From the NCBI GenBank assembly GCA_037481795.1, contig JBBFLA010000013.1, positions 3,902 through 67,901 of the forward strand: DNA of 64,000 nt. Reading direction: 5' to 3'. Below the pieces are notes generated by a model. That model was not told where the DNA came from. It ran no database searches and was given only the letters and a program-made list of their open reading frames with translations. The translations under genes were made by a program, and so were the position numbers. This DNA is from Spirochaetota bacterium (GTDB lineage: Bacteria > Spirochaetota > UBA4802 > UB4802). This document shows, in pieces, positions 10,142 through 21,918 of the stretch (position 1 is the first letter of the stretch; the number at the start of each line of letters is the position of its first letter).

Positions 10142-10878
10142 CCAGAGAAAAGAATGTTTTTCTCCTTCATCTTGATGTTCCCCGTATTATCCTAATCAGT
10201 GCTGTACTTATTGGCATCATAGTTACCACATTTCTTTTAGGAATGAATTTCAGTGAAAATAAGGTTGTTTCCCATAATGCATTGGTTCCTCCTGAAATTC
10301 CAGGTGATACAATAGCACAACTTGATAAAGGCATAGATTTAGGTAACTCAGTACAAAATCCTGATCTGCCATTAATGGACAATGCCAGTAATAAACTGGA
10401 TATTGCTCCTAAACCTGATGAACCATCAAAACTGGATAGTATACCTAAAAAAGACATACCAGATACTGCTATAGCAAAACTTGAAGATACTGAAACCACC
10501 CAGGTTATCCATAAAAATGTAAAAAAAGTAACCCCAGTCAAAAATGTATCAAAAAAGAATACAAAAGCCAAAACTAACGTTAAAAAGAATAAAGTTGTTG
10601 AGGTAGCAAAAACTGATGAATCTCATACCAAGAAAGTATCTCAGCGGTCATGGTCCATACAGATAGCATCGTATAATACTCTTGCAAAAGCCCAGAAAGA
10701 AGCAAAGAATTTGCAGACAATGAAATACGATGCCTATGTTGATAAAGCAGATGTTTCTGGCAAAACATACTATCGTGTTAAAATAGGGCCTATTTTGAAA
10801 GAAGATAAAGCTATAAGCATGTTACAGGAAATTCAATCAATAGATAAGTACAGGGAAAGTTACATTATAAAAGAATAA
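10108..10878 (+). CDS. SPOR-domain protein, membrane-anchored
   Basis: N-terminal TM segment (RIILISAVLIGIIVTTFLLGM). Low-complexity Lys/Pro-rich linker. C-terminal SWSIQIASYNTLAKAQKEAKNL...YRVKIGP is a SPOR peptidoglycan-binding fold signature. Confidence 0.65.
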   Translation: MENFDFNERPVTREKNVFLLHLDVPRIILISAVLIGIIVTTFLLGMNFSENKVVSHNALVPPEIPGDTIAQLDKGIDLGNSVQNPDLPLMDNASNKLDIAPKPDEPSKLDSIPKKDIPDTAIAKLEDTETTQVIHKNVKKVTPVKNVSKKNTKAKTNVKKNKVVEVAKTDESHTKKVSQRSWSIQIASYNTLAKAQKEAKNLQTMKYDAYVDKADVSGKTYYRVKIGPILKEDKAISMLQEIQSIDKYRESYIIKE

Positions 10879-10884
10879 ATATGA

Positions 10885-10918
10885 AAAACCCGCTGTTACC
10901 AAAGCGGGTTTTTTATTA
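10885..10918. terminator. bidirectional rho-independent terminator between convergent SPOR gene and gyrA
   Basis: AAAACCCGCTGTTACCAAAGCGGGTTTTTTATT is a GC-rich 9-bp stem (ACCCGCT/AGCGGGT) followed by a T-run. Confidence 0.65.
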
Positions 10919-10936
10919 ATACAATTTTCTTTGAAC

Positions 10937-13381
10937 TTATTCCTTTTCTTCATACAGCACTGCAAAATCAGTTACTTCATCTTCCTTATCCAGTTGCAAT
11001 AGAAGAACACCAGCTGCAGTTCTTCCTTGATACGATATTTCTTTTGCTTTTAATCGTATAGTCATCCCTTTTTTGGATGCAATAATAACCTCATCTTCAG
11101 GATGCACTGATCGCACACCAACCGCATACCCATTTTTTTCACTTATTTTAAGATATGCTATTCCCTTCCCGCCTCTACCTTTTGTAGCAAAAAGTGAATA
11201 TTGTGTCTTTTTGCCATACCCTCGAGATGTAACCACACAAAGGTCTGATTCTGGCTTAACTACATCCATGGCAATAATCTGATCACCTGATGCAACACGC
11301 ATGCCAATAATGCCTGAGGAATTTCTGCCCATTGCTCGCATCTTTGCAATATTTGTTCTCAGCAGAAGGCCATTTCTGGTTGCTATCACCACATCATCCT
11401 GTGATTTTACCACCTTTACATCAACAAGCTCATCATCCTTATGCAGATTAATAGCAATGATACCACCCTTTTTCACATTGCTAAATTCTTCCAGTGCTGT
11501 CTTTTTCATTACACCATTGCGTGTAACCATACATAAAAAGTTTTCACTGAAATCATTTACACTACAAATGGCAGTTATCATTTCCCCGGAAGCAAGGTTT
11601 ATAATACCTTTTAATGACTTACCCCGTGTATTTTTTGAAGCTACCGGTATTTCATATACCTTCATGCCAAAGATCTTACCTTTATTGGATAGCAATAACA
11701 ACGTATCATGAGTTGAAGCGATAGTCATCATGGTAATAAAATCTTCTTTTTTTGATGAAAGACCAATCACACCTTTACCACCACGACGCTGCTTTTTAAA
11801 CGTATCTGCCGATAGTCGCCGTATAAAGCCATCATTGGTAATAGTTATGACCATATCCTCTTCAGCAATTAAGTCTTCAGCATCAAAACTTACTGATGTA
11901 TCTTCATAAACAATCTCAGTTCTTCTTGTATCATGGTATTTTTCTTTGATGGCAATTAATTCATCTTTTATTATTGTATAAATCCTTTTTTCACTTTTTA
12001 ATATAGCTGTTAGCTCATCAATTAATTTTAATAATTCTTTCAGTTCATCAATGACCTTTTTAACTTCCAGGCTTGTCAATCGTTGCAATCTCATGTCAAG
12101 GATTGCCTTCGATTGAATTTCAGATAGCTTAAAACGTTTGATGAGGCGTTCATTTGCTTCCTCAACAGTTTTTGACCCTCTTATTATTGCAATGACTTCG
12201 TCAATGTTATCAAGTGCTATCTTCAATCCTTCAAGTATATGGGCTCTTTCTTTTGCTTTAGCTAATTCATACTGGGTACGTCGGGTAACAACAGTTTTTC
12301 TGTGGCTAATATAATGTGTTATCAGGCCTTTTAAATCCAGAAGTTTTGGCTGATTGTTTACCAGCGCCAGAAGATTAATGCCAAATGATGTTTGAAGCTG
12401 TGTATGTTTGTAAAGCTGATTAATAATAATATTGGTAACCGCATCCTTCCTGCAGCCAATGACAATTCTCAAACCATTACGGTCTGATTCATCCCGCAGT
12501 TCATTAATGCCTTCAATAACTTTATTGTTAACAAGCTCCGCAATCTTTGCAATGAGCGCCGCTTTGTTTACCTGATACGGCAACTCAGTCACCACTATGA
12601 TTGATTTGTTTTTCTGTTCCTCAACATGAAGCTTGGCTCTAACTATAATGCTTCCTTTGCCTTTGGCATATGCTTTTATCATGTCTTCTGAAGCAACAAT
12701 AATACCACCTGTTGGGAAATCAGGGCCTTTAACAAATTTCATCAATTGCTTCACAGTAGCATCAGGGTTATCAATCATAAAAACAATAGCATCAACAACT
12801 TCTGACAAATTATGGGGTGGGATATTTGTAGCCATCCCAACAGCAATCCCCGATGAACCATTTACAAGAAGGTTTGGGAACGCTGCAGGAAGAACTACTG
12901 GTTCCTTGCGTGTTTCATCAAAGTTTGAGATAAAATCAACAGTATCTTTATCAATATCTTTAAGCAGTTCCTGTGCAATTGAAGAGAGGCGTGCTTCGGT
13001 ATAACGGTATGCAGCAGGTGGGTCACCATCTATTGAACCAAAGTTACCCTGTCCATCAATTAAAGGCAATCGCATTGAAAAATCCTGGGCCATCCTGACC
13101 AGGGTATCATACACTGCCGCATCACCATGAGGGTGATAGTTACCAATTACTTCACCAACTATCTTAGCTGACTTAACATAGGGCCTGTCACTGCGCCATG
13201 CCCGCTCATTCATAGCATGAAGTATTCTTCGATGAACCGGCTTTAAACCATCCCTAACATCAGGAAGTGCTCTTCCTACAATAACGCTCATTGCATAATC
13301 CAAATATGAGCGTTTCATTGACTCTTCAATTTCAATATTATGAACTCGTTTGTCCTTAGGATTATCCTGTTTTTTTGTCAC
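10937..13381 (-). CDS. gyrA: DNA gyrase subunit A
   Basis: 814 aa. N-terminal SYLDYAMSVIVGRALPDVRDGLKPVHRRIL with active-site Tyr region. C-terminal beta-pinwheel repeats. Confidence 0.95.
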   Translation of the reverse strand: MTKKQDNPKDKRVHNIEIEESMKRSYLDYAMSVIVGRALPDVRDGLKPVHRRILHAMNERAWRSDRPYVKSAKIVGEVIGNYHPHGDAAVYDTLVRMAQDFSMRLPLIDGQGNFGSIDGDPPAAYRYTEARLSSIAQELLKDIDKDTVDFISNFDETRKEPVVLPAAFPNLLVNGSSGIAVGMATNIPPHNLSEVVDAIVFMIDNPDATVKQLMKFVKGPDFPTGGIIVASEDMIKAYAKGKGSIIVRAKLHVEEQKNKSIIVVTELPYQVNKAALIAKIAELVNNKVIEGINELRDESDRNGLRIVIGCRKDAVTNIIINQLYKHTQLQTSFGINLLALVNNQPKLLDLKGLITHYISHRKTVVTRRTQYELAKAKERAHILEGLKIALDNIDEVIAIIRGSKTVEEANERLIKRFKLSEIQSKAILDMRLQRLTSLEVKKVIDELKELLKLIDELTAILKSEKRIYTIIKDELIAIKEKYHDTRRTEIVYEDTSVSFDAEDLIAEEDMVITITNDGFIRRLSADTFKKQRRGGKGVIGLSSKKEDFITMMTIASTHDTLLLLSNKGKIFGMKVYEIPVASKNTRGKSLKGIINLASGEMITAICSVNDFSENFLCMVTRNGVMKKTALEEFSNVKKGGIIAINLHKDDELVDVKVVKSQDDVVIATRNGLLLRTNIAKMRAMGRNSSGIIGMRVASGDQIIAMDVVKPESDLCVVTSRGYGKKTQYSLFATKGRGGKGIAYLKISEKNGYAVGVRSVHPEDEVIIASKKGMTIRLKAKEISYQGRTAAGVLLLQLDKEDEVTDFAVLYEEKE

Positions 13382-13433
13382 TGTCTGTTACCTTTATTCA
13401 AAGAATGAAATTATATAGCGATAGGATGACGTT

Positions 13434-15335
<1,902 letters not shown>

Positions 15336-15545
15336 TTACTCCATACTGCATCACTAATGTGCCCATACCGTTTAATTACAGTATAAGAACTTACTTTTGT
15401 TGTTATAATGCTATTTATACAAATTGCCATTGTTTTATCTTTTTTCCCAATTTTATTAATAAAACCTGAATTAATTTCAGGGGACTTTACTAGCGTTTCA
15501 CAATTGAGAATTGCAATAAGATGCTTATCCGAAACACTTTTCCTA

Positions 15546-15905
15546 TCACCGATATGAATGAACATCGTTGCTTTTCCTGTACGCCTTCTTTTTAAGAGTG
15601 CATTTCAGTGAATCAATAGCTGTTGAACCTGAAAGTTCAGACAACCGCTTAATAATAAGGGACTGCGATAACGCAATCTCATTAGCATATATAGGGTGAT
15701 CCACAACAACATATAATATACGGTTACCTATCTTATACGGATAGCTGTGAGTTGCAATAATATCTCCAACTGCACTTTGCCATATTGACCGTACACTCTC
15801 TAGAATAAAATCATCAGTTAATCCAATTTCAAAAGCTACATCTTTTAGTATCTGACTGCATGCAATAGTACGATTATACCTTTTTTCTTTATATCTAAAC
15901 TTCAT
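15546..15905 (-). CDS. DUF721 protein, DciA-like (the recF-gyrB interposed gene)
   Basis: 119 aa. Pattern VRSIWQSAVGDIIATHSYPYKIGNRILYVVVDHPIYANEI matches the DUF721 core. Its position between recF and gyrB is the same as M. tuberculosis Rv0004 (DciA). Confidence 0.6.
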   Translation of the reverse strand: MKFRYKEKRYNRTIACSQILKDVAFEIGLTDDFILESVRSIWQSAVGDIIATHSYPYKIGNRILYVVVDHPIYANEIALSQSLIIKRLSELSGSTAIDSLKCTLKKKAYRKSNDVHSYR

Positions 15906-17002
15906 TATTCTGACACTCTGTTATTAACTACCTTTAAATGTTTATAGTTATCCACAAAATTCACATCATTACTACTTGCACAGGTTATTATAACCTGGTG
16001 GTTGCCATCTATAAGTTTCTGCAGTACATTATTTCTTCTATCATCATCCAGTTCAGACAATACATCATCAAGTAGAACAATAGATTTACTTTTTTTAATA
16101 TCATACAGTATACTAACTTCAGATAATTTCATTGCTATTGAAGCCAACCGTCTCTGACCCGTAGATGCATAGGATTTAAACACTGTTTTATCATTTCCAT
16201 ATATTACATATACATCCCTGTGTGGCCCAACAGTTGTGGTTCCCATTTGTATATCAATATTTCTTTTTTTACTTAATTCGTGTTTCACATCTTCTACATC
16301 TTCACTATGCATCGAAGCATAATACTTAATAGTTAAATCATCATTAAATCCCGAAAGTTCCTTATATAGTGCTTTAAAATATGTATTAAAGTGTTTAATA
16401 TACTGTTTCCGCTTAATTCCCAATGCACATGCACAATCAGAATACATTGAATCCCAGATGTCAAGCTGTTTTATTATGTCTCTTTTATAGGGTATATCTT
16501 TCAGTAATTTATTACGATTTTTCAAAATTTTCCTGAATGATGTAAGTAACTCAATATATTCTTTATCAACTTTTGAAAACAGCCTGTCAAAATATCTTCT
16601 AATTACATCAGGTGTCCCGCTGATTATTATTGTATCATCAGGGAAAAAAGCTACTACATTAATTTTACCATAAAAATCAGATAATTTCTTTATTTCTTTG
16701 CCATCTATTTTTACTTTTTTTTCAGATTGTTGATCATTAACTGATGCTCCTATCTCAATTGTTGAGATATCAGCATTTTTCACCTGTATAGATATATAAT
16801 ATTCATGTTTTCCCCACTGAATGATATCTTTATCAGTACAATTTCTAAATGATTTTATATGGGAAGCTATATAGATTGCTTCAAGTATATTTGTCTTACC
16901 TGAACCATTTGATCCAGAAATAACATTAATTCCCGGTGAAAAACTAATAGTTTCATGTTCATAATTGCGAAACGTCTTCAGCAACAATCTATCTATAAAC
17001 AT
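15905..17002 (-). CDS. recF: DNA replication and repair protein RecF
   Basis: N-terminal GSNGSGKTNILEAI Walker A. 365 aa. SMC-like ABC ATPase layout. Confidence 0.9.
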   Translation of the reverse strand: MFIDRLLLKTFRNYEHETISFSPGINVISGSNGSGKTNILEAIYIASHIKSFRNCTDKDIIQWGKHEYYISIQVKNADISTIEIGASVNDQQSEKKVKIDGKEIKKLSDFYGKINVVAFFPDDTIIISGTPDVIRRYFDRLFSKVDKEYIELLTSFRKILKNRNKLLKDIPYKRDIIKQLDIWDSMYSDCACALGIKRKQYIKHFNTYFKALYKELSGFNDDLTIKYYASMHSEDVEDVKHELSKKRNIDIQMGTTTVGPHRDVYVIYGNDKTVFKSYASTGQRRLASIAMKLSEVSILYDIKKSKSIVLLDDVLSELDDDRRNNVLQKLIDGNHQVIITCASSNDVNFVDNYKHLKVVNNRVSE

Positions 17003-17017
17003 TATTTTTTATTGTGG

Positions 17018-18154
17018 TTACACTGACCGTATCTGAATTGGCATTATAACAGACTGGAATTTAGTATCATCTTCTGGATATATCAGCAATGGGCTCATGA
17101 CACCGGTAACACAAATCACAACTGAAAATGAATCTATCTCTTTGAGTAAATCCAGTAAAAATTGAACATTAATCCCTATTGTGATTGGTTCTTTACAATC
17201 CGAGTCAATTGCCAATTCCTCCTGTCCTTCACCCTGATCAGGATAGCTTGCTTCTATCAGCAAGCTATTCTTTGAAAATTTTAATAGTATTCTCCATGAA
17301 GGTTCATTAGTAAAATTTTTTAATCTGTTCAATGCTTCTTTTAATCTTTTAACTTCAATAACTGCCCTTAATAAATAATCTTTTGGAATAACCTGTTTAT
17401 AATCAGGAAACTGCCCATCAACGAGGCGTGAAACTATCTCTGTTTTCCCTATTTTTATAAAACATCTACTATCATCAAATGCTATAAGGCAAGTACCTTT
17501 ATCTTCCAAAAGCCGCAAAATCTCATTAACTGTTTTAAGTGGTAAAATAAAACCATTTTTTATAGGAAAACTCCCGGTAATTTCTTTTTTTATCATCGAC
17601 AATCGCCTTGAATCTGTAGCAACAACTGTCATTGATTTTTCATCTTCTGATACTATATACACACCATTAAATATTGGTTTTACAGTATCATGAGCTGCAG
17701 CATGAACTGTTTTGCTTATCATTTCACTGAAAGTCTTTTGCTCTACCTCTATTGCATTCTTAAAGTTAAAATCAGGTATTGCAGGGTATTCTTCAGCCGA
17801 AGATCCAACCAGCACATACTGCCCCTTTACCAGACCTGATTTTGATGATATAGATACATTAGCATTATTAACATCAAGTATTACCACACCATCTGGAAAC
17901 TCTTTTAACAGGCTTACCAAACGCTTTCCACTTATAGTGAAGGAACAATTGCCATCTGAAACAATATCCAGTTGCGTTTTTATTCCTATCTCGTTGTCAG
18001 TTCCGGTTATGGTAAGCGTATTACCATCCACATTAAAAAGACACTGTGTAAGTATTGTATTAATGCTTTTTGAACTCACAACAGAATCTGCTATTGTTGC
18101 GGCCTTAATTAACTGTACTTTGTCAACTTCAATTCTCATTGTACACACCACCAT
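17018..18154 (-). CDS. dnaN: DNA polymerase III beta sliding clamp
   Basis: 378 aa. Three-domain clamp layout. The real start may be the internal ATG at 18139 (MRIEVDK...). Confidence 0.9.
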   Translation of the reverse strand: MVVCTMRIEVDKVQLIKAATIADSVVSSKSINTILTQCLFNVDGNTLTITGTDNEIGIKTQLDIVSDGNCSFTISGKRLVSLLKEFPDGVVILDVNNANVSISSKSGLVKGQYVLVGSSAEEYPAIPDFNFKNAIEVEQKTFSEMISKTVHAAAHDTVKPIFNGVYIVSEDEKSMTVVATDSRRLSMIKKEITGSFPIKNGFILPLKTVNEILRLLEDKGTCLIAFDDSRCFIKIGKTEIVSRLVDGQFPDYKQVIPKDYLLRAVIEVKRLKEALNRLKNFTNEPSWRILLKFSKNSLLIEASYPDQGEGQEELAIDSDCKEPITIGINVQFLLDLLKEIDSFSVVICVTGVMSPLLIYPEDDTKFQSVIMPIQIRSV

Positions 18155-18396
18155 TTCTATTATTACTAATTTATTATAAACTTATTTAAATAAGTGTTAG
18201 TAGTAGGTATATGATTTTTGTGAATAACTAAACAAAATACTGAATTCTTCAGCGTTTTTAGAAAATGCATTTTGTGAATAATTATCAACATTTTCATAAA
18301 GCTTTGTGAAAATTTAAAAACCAAAAATAATTTACTGCAAATTTTGTTAATAGATGAAACATTATCAATAATTCTTAACAATTTTTTAACAGGTTA
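18155..18396. other. oriC segment 2 (dnaA-dnaN spacer) with DnaA-box-like 9-mers
   Basis: TGTGAATAA at about 18219 and 18273 and TTATCAACA at about 18282 are 1-2 mismatch variants of TTATCCACA. Further TTATCAATA/TGTGAAAAT variants are present. The stretch is AT-rich. Confidence 0.55.
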
Positions 18397-19767
18397 TTAA
18401 CTTCGTAATTCTGATATTAATTCATCAATAACTTCTTTAAAGTCGATATCTTCCTCAATGGATTTCTCAATATTATTAATAGCATTCAGTACAGTTGAAT
18501 GATCCCTATCACCAAATTCTTTTCCAATCTCAATTGTCGTTAATTCGGTTAATCTTCGTGCTAAATACATTGCAATAAAACGTGGCTGCACTACTTTACT
18601 CTGTCTATTTTTTGAAATAATATCTTCAACACTGACACCAAATTTTGAAGCAACTTTTACCATAATATCCTGCACAGTAATCTTTTTGTTGCTGTCAACA
18701 TCAAAGAGGTCTTTGCAATGGTCTTTTGCCAACTGTACAGTAATGGGTTGTTTATAGATAGAGGAAACCATGCTTAATCTTACCAATGCAGCTTCAAGTG
18801 CACGAATACTGGATTTTATTCTGCGGGCTATGTAATTGCATACTTCATCTGATAATTCAATTTTAATTTTCTCTGCTTTATTTCGTAGTATAGCTTCCCT
18901 TGTTTCCAGATTGGGTAGCTGTATATCCACGATCATACCCCATTCAAAACGTGTTCGCAGCCTTTCCTCAAGTGTTGAAAGATCTTTTGGTGGCCTATCA
19001 CTGGAAATAACTATCTGCTTTTTGCTGTTATGGAGTGTATTGAATGTATGGAAAAATTCTTCCTGTGTTTGCTCTTTTTTTTCAATGAACTGAATATCAT
19101 CTATCAACAAAATGTCAACATTACGGTATTTAATCTTAAAACTTGAAAGCGTATTTGCTCTAATAGCCTGAATAAATTCGTTAATAAATTGTTCACAGGG
19201 TACGTACAGTACATTAAGGTATGGTCGTTCTTGAATGATTCTATGCCCAATTGCCTGCATGAGATGTGTTTTTCCAAGGCCAGTACCGCCGTAAATGAAC
19301 AATGGGTTGTATTGAGTGGCTGGTGCCTTTGATACGGAGATAGCTGCAGCATGGGCAAGTTGATTATTAGGGCCAATAACAAAGTTTTCAAATGTATAAT
19401 TTGGATTTAGTATGGTGGAAAATTGTAATGTTTCTTTCTTATCATCGTTGGTAATGGGCAAAGGAGCATTAATTACTGGCTCTTTGAATCCATTGCCTGT
19501 AATAAACTCGCATACTATCTCTTTGCCTGTCTGTTCTTTGATGATTGAATGAATCAAAGAGGCATAATGATCAGAAATATGCCGTTTTGCGACATCATCA
19601 GGAACTTTTACAATAAGAATATTTTCGTTAAAGCCCACTGGTTCTGTATTTTTAAACCACATATTAAATGATTGTTTATTAATATATGTTTCTACAGAAC
19701 CCAAAACCTTGTTCCAGATTGTTACTGTTGAATCTGTCATAATAATAACCCATTTAGTTATCAACAA
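18397..19767 (-). CDS. dnaA: chromosomal replication initiator DnaA
   Basis: AAA+ Walker A GGTGLGKTHL. Box VII/sensor motifs. C-terminal DNA-binding helix-turn-helix (FGDRDHSTVLNAI). The track start at 19767 is a TTG. The first in-frame ATG is at 19740 (MTDSTVTIWNK), which is the more likely start. Confidence 0.9.
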   Translation of the reverse strand: MLITKWVIIMTDSTVTIWNKVLGSVETYINKQSFNMWFKNTEPVGFNENILIVKVPDDVAKRHISDHYASLIHSIIKEQTGKEIVCEFITGNGFKEPVINAPLPITNDDKKETLQFSTILNPNYTFENFVIGPNNQLAHAAAISVSKAPATQYNPLFIYGGTGLGKTHLMQAIGHRIIQERPYLNVLYVPCEQFINEFIQAIRANTLSSFKIKYRNVDILLIDDIQFIEKKEQTQEEFFHTFNTLHNSKKQIVISSDRPPKDLSTLEERLRTRFEWGMIVDIQLPNLETREAILRNKAEKIKIELSDEVCNYIARRIKSSIRALEAALVRLSMVSSIYKQPITVQLAKDHCKDLFDVDSNKKITVQDIMVKVASKFGVSVEDIISKNRQSKVVQPRFIAMYLARRLTELTTIEIGKEFGDRDHSTVLNAINNIEKSIEEDIDFKEVIDELISELRS

Positions 19768-20066
19768 TTGTTAATAACTTTGTTGATATCGTAATATACG
19801 TTTAGCATGTGGTAAAAAGGTTAGATGCTATAGACTGTTAGCGATGTTGATTATTTTGAATTGTCTCTATGTAAGCATGACGACATTTTTTTGCAACCAA
19901 TTAATCTATAAAAATTGTCTCATAAATAAAATTTTTTATCATTATGGATAATGTGAGAATAAATAACAAAAATCTGTGAATAATATGTGGATAAATACCA
20001 ATATATAGTTGAAAATTATGAATTTATGTGTATTATATGTTAATAAAACTATGATAGAGGCAAACA
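19768..20066. other. oriC segment 1 upstream of dnaA: DnaA-box cluster plus AT-rich unwinding region
   Basis: Perfect consensus box TGTGGATAA (reverse complement of TTATCCACA) at 19986-19994. TGTGAATAA at 19975-19983. TATGGATAA at 19944-19952. TTATCAACA at about 19758. An A/T-only run at 19900-19940. Confidence 0.7.
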
Positions 20067-20324
20067 ATGGGTGTTATAATTAAAGACATTAAAAAAAATA
20101 ATAATGAGATTATACGAGTGGAAATTTCAGAATATCAGGGAAAGGAACTCATTAATCTTAGAATATGGTATCAGTCAATGGATAATGGTGAGGTTGTCTA
20201 TAAACCCACACAAAAAGGGGTTGCAATTTCGGTTGATAAATTCAGTGAATTACAGGAAGCAATAACAAAGATAGCAGAATATCTGCATGACAAAAAACAC
20301 GGCACTACACCGCACAATGTATAG
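20067..20324 (+). CDS. small PC4/YdbC-like putative ssDNA-binding protein (tentative)
   Basis: 85 aa. The pattern NNEIIRVEISEYQGKELINLRIWYQ...PTQKGVAISVDKFSEL resembles the bacterial PC4-like (transcriptional coactivator p15) fold. It lies immediately next to the DnaA-box cluster. Confidence 0.4.
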   Translation: MGVIIKDIKKNNNEIIRVEISEYQGKELINLRIWYQSMDNGEVVYKPTQKGVAISVDKFSELQEAITKIAEYLHDKKHGTTPHNV

Positions 20325-21765
20325 TTCCATTACAGTGCAATTTGAAGAGTGATTGTATTACCAATTGACGGGCTTTTTTTATCTGCATTTCATCATGTAT
20401 TATATTTGGATTAAGCACACCATCATAGACGTCCAGAATACAGTATTGGGCACCTTGTGGAAATTTCTGTATACAATCAAGGACAAGCTTTTTTGGTGTT
20501 TGTTTCAATGCAGTGGCAATAGTAAACCATCCAAGATCAAACAGTATATAATACATCATATGAGGATTAATATATTTTTTTAACAGTTGGTTAAATGGCA
20601 TTGTATACAACTTATTGAAGTTTGATAGTTTTTCCAGGTAAAGCTGGACTATTGTATACTGTGACAGGATTGTGTGATCATATGTATATCTTTTGTTTAA
20701 GTATGAAGTTATACTGTTTATTCGCCTGGAAGATAGATACCGGGATAATTGATTGAAAAGCTTTGCACTATCATGAAAAGCTATGGCGATAGTTTCATCG
20801 TTGCAATTTGATAAAATTGCATTCAGTAGTCCAGATTTTTCCATATCAAAAAACCATGTTTCAAATGTTTTTTTCTGGAATGTTGATACAATAGAAATAT
20901 GATGTAGAACGTTGGTAATCTGATTAATAAAATTCCCAAATACAAAATATGGTTTGGTTCTTAGTTTTAAATAAAGAATTTCTTCAAAGGCATATATCCC
21001 TTCAATAAGATCCCGTGCTGTTATATGATGTGTAGTTTTCCCAACATGAAGGATATCCGAAATCAGATTTCTTGAAATATTGTATTTAATTTTTAATGCA
21101 TGCTGTGGGAATGCCCGCGTTAGCAAATACAAATGGTAAGGAGTGAGTATATTTTCATTCAATAAAAAATATATTAATTTTTGGAATTCACTATCTTCCA
21201 TTGTTTCAAGGATTATTGGCAAAGACGGAAACAGGTTATATGGGTCGTTGAAGAATTGTAAAAATTTTGTTTTGATATCATTCAAAGAAATGTATGTGGA
21301 ATAATTGCTAACTTTTATTCTAAATAATGTAAATAATTCTAGAGGTATACATATGATAAAATAATCATCGACAAGGTGTGAAGTGTTACTGCGAATATAT
21401 GCGCTAAATAAAATATGTACGCTATCAAAGAATGTATTTTCAGGAGGTTCATCAAAAGAAAAGGTAGCCTGTAACTTGTTTTTTGATAATAAACTTATAC
21501 GCAGTGCAATACTGGAAATGTTTTGTTGAATATAATCTTTGATAATTTTATAAATATCTTCAGAATCGGTTGTTATGATTACTGGATACCGTTTTGATGT
21601 TAATCTTTTTAATGTTATTATTATATAGTATTTTTTGAAAATTATATTTCCTGACTGCCATGGTGATAATGCAATCCCTTCACATACACCTGTCCTTGAA
21701 ATGAAATTATCAAGGCCATACAATAAACTGTAAAATATCAGGTGTGATTCGATATTATAAAACAT
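20305..21765 (-). CDS. hypothetical protein (486 aa), no recognised domain
   Basis: Long ORF with N/I/L/Y-rich composition. It lies in the same orientation as, and downstream of, the two response-regulator genes. I could assign no catalytic motif. Confidence 0.5.
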   Translation of the reverse strand: MFYNIESHLIFYSLLYGLDNFISRTGVCEGIALSPWQSGNIIFKKYYIIITLKRLTSKRYPVIITTDSEDIYKIIKDYIQQNISSIALRISLLSKNKLQATFSFDEPPENTFFDSVHILFSAYIRSNTSHLVDDYFIICIPLELFTLFRIKVSNYSTYISLNDIKTKFLQFFNDPYNLFPSLPIILETMEDSEFQKLIYFLLNENILTPYHLYLLTRAFPQHALKIKYNISRNLISDILHVGKTTHHITARDLIEGIYAFEEILYLKLRTKPYFVFGNFINQITNVLHHISIVSTFQKKTFETWFFDMEKSGLLNAILSNCNDETIAIAFHDSAKLFNQLSRYLSSRRINSITSYLNKRYTYDHTILSQYTIVQLYLEKLSNFNKLYTMPFNQLLKKYINPHMMYYILFDLGWFTIATALKQTPKKLVLDCIQKFPQGAQYCILDVYDGVLNPNIIHDEMQIKKARQLVIQSLFKLHCNGTIHCAV

Positions 21766-21918
21766 TGCTGAAATAATTCCAAAATGTACTTTTTAGTGTG
21801 AAGTAATGAATTATATTCCCACAACGCCGAAGCCGACAGGGTTACAAAAACATTTCTTACAGTAAAAAAGTTAAGGATTTAAATATTTTAAAACAATGTA
21901 CTATGCAATAATTGTAAA

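Noticed and set aside
10167-10571. 134-aa antisense ORF within the SPOR-domain gene
   Set aside because: It mirrors the low-complexity Lys/Pro linker of the SPOR protein. No support.
17712-18179. 155-aa plus-strand ORF overlapping dnaN
   Set aside because: It is antisense to the conserved dnaN clamp gene and has no motif support.
18166-18381. 71-aa ORF in the dnaA-dnaN spacer
   Set aside because: The region is AT-rich and full of DnaA-box-like 9-mers. The ORF is low-complexity (KLFLVFKFSQSF). It is more plausibly a noncoding origin segment.
21800-21830. Short GC-rich island (CCCACAACGCCGAAGCCGACAGGG) in the AT-rich spacer upstream of the RR-PP2C gene
   Set aside because: It is not palindromic, not repeated elsewhere in the window, and has no flanking structure. 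It is probably incidental.
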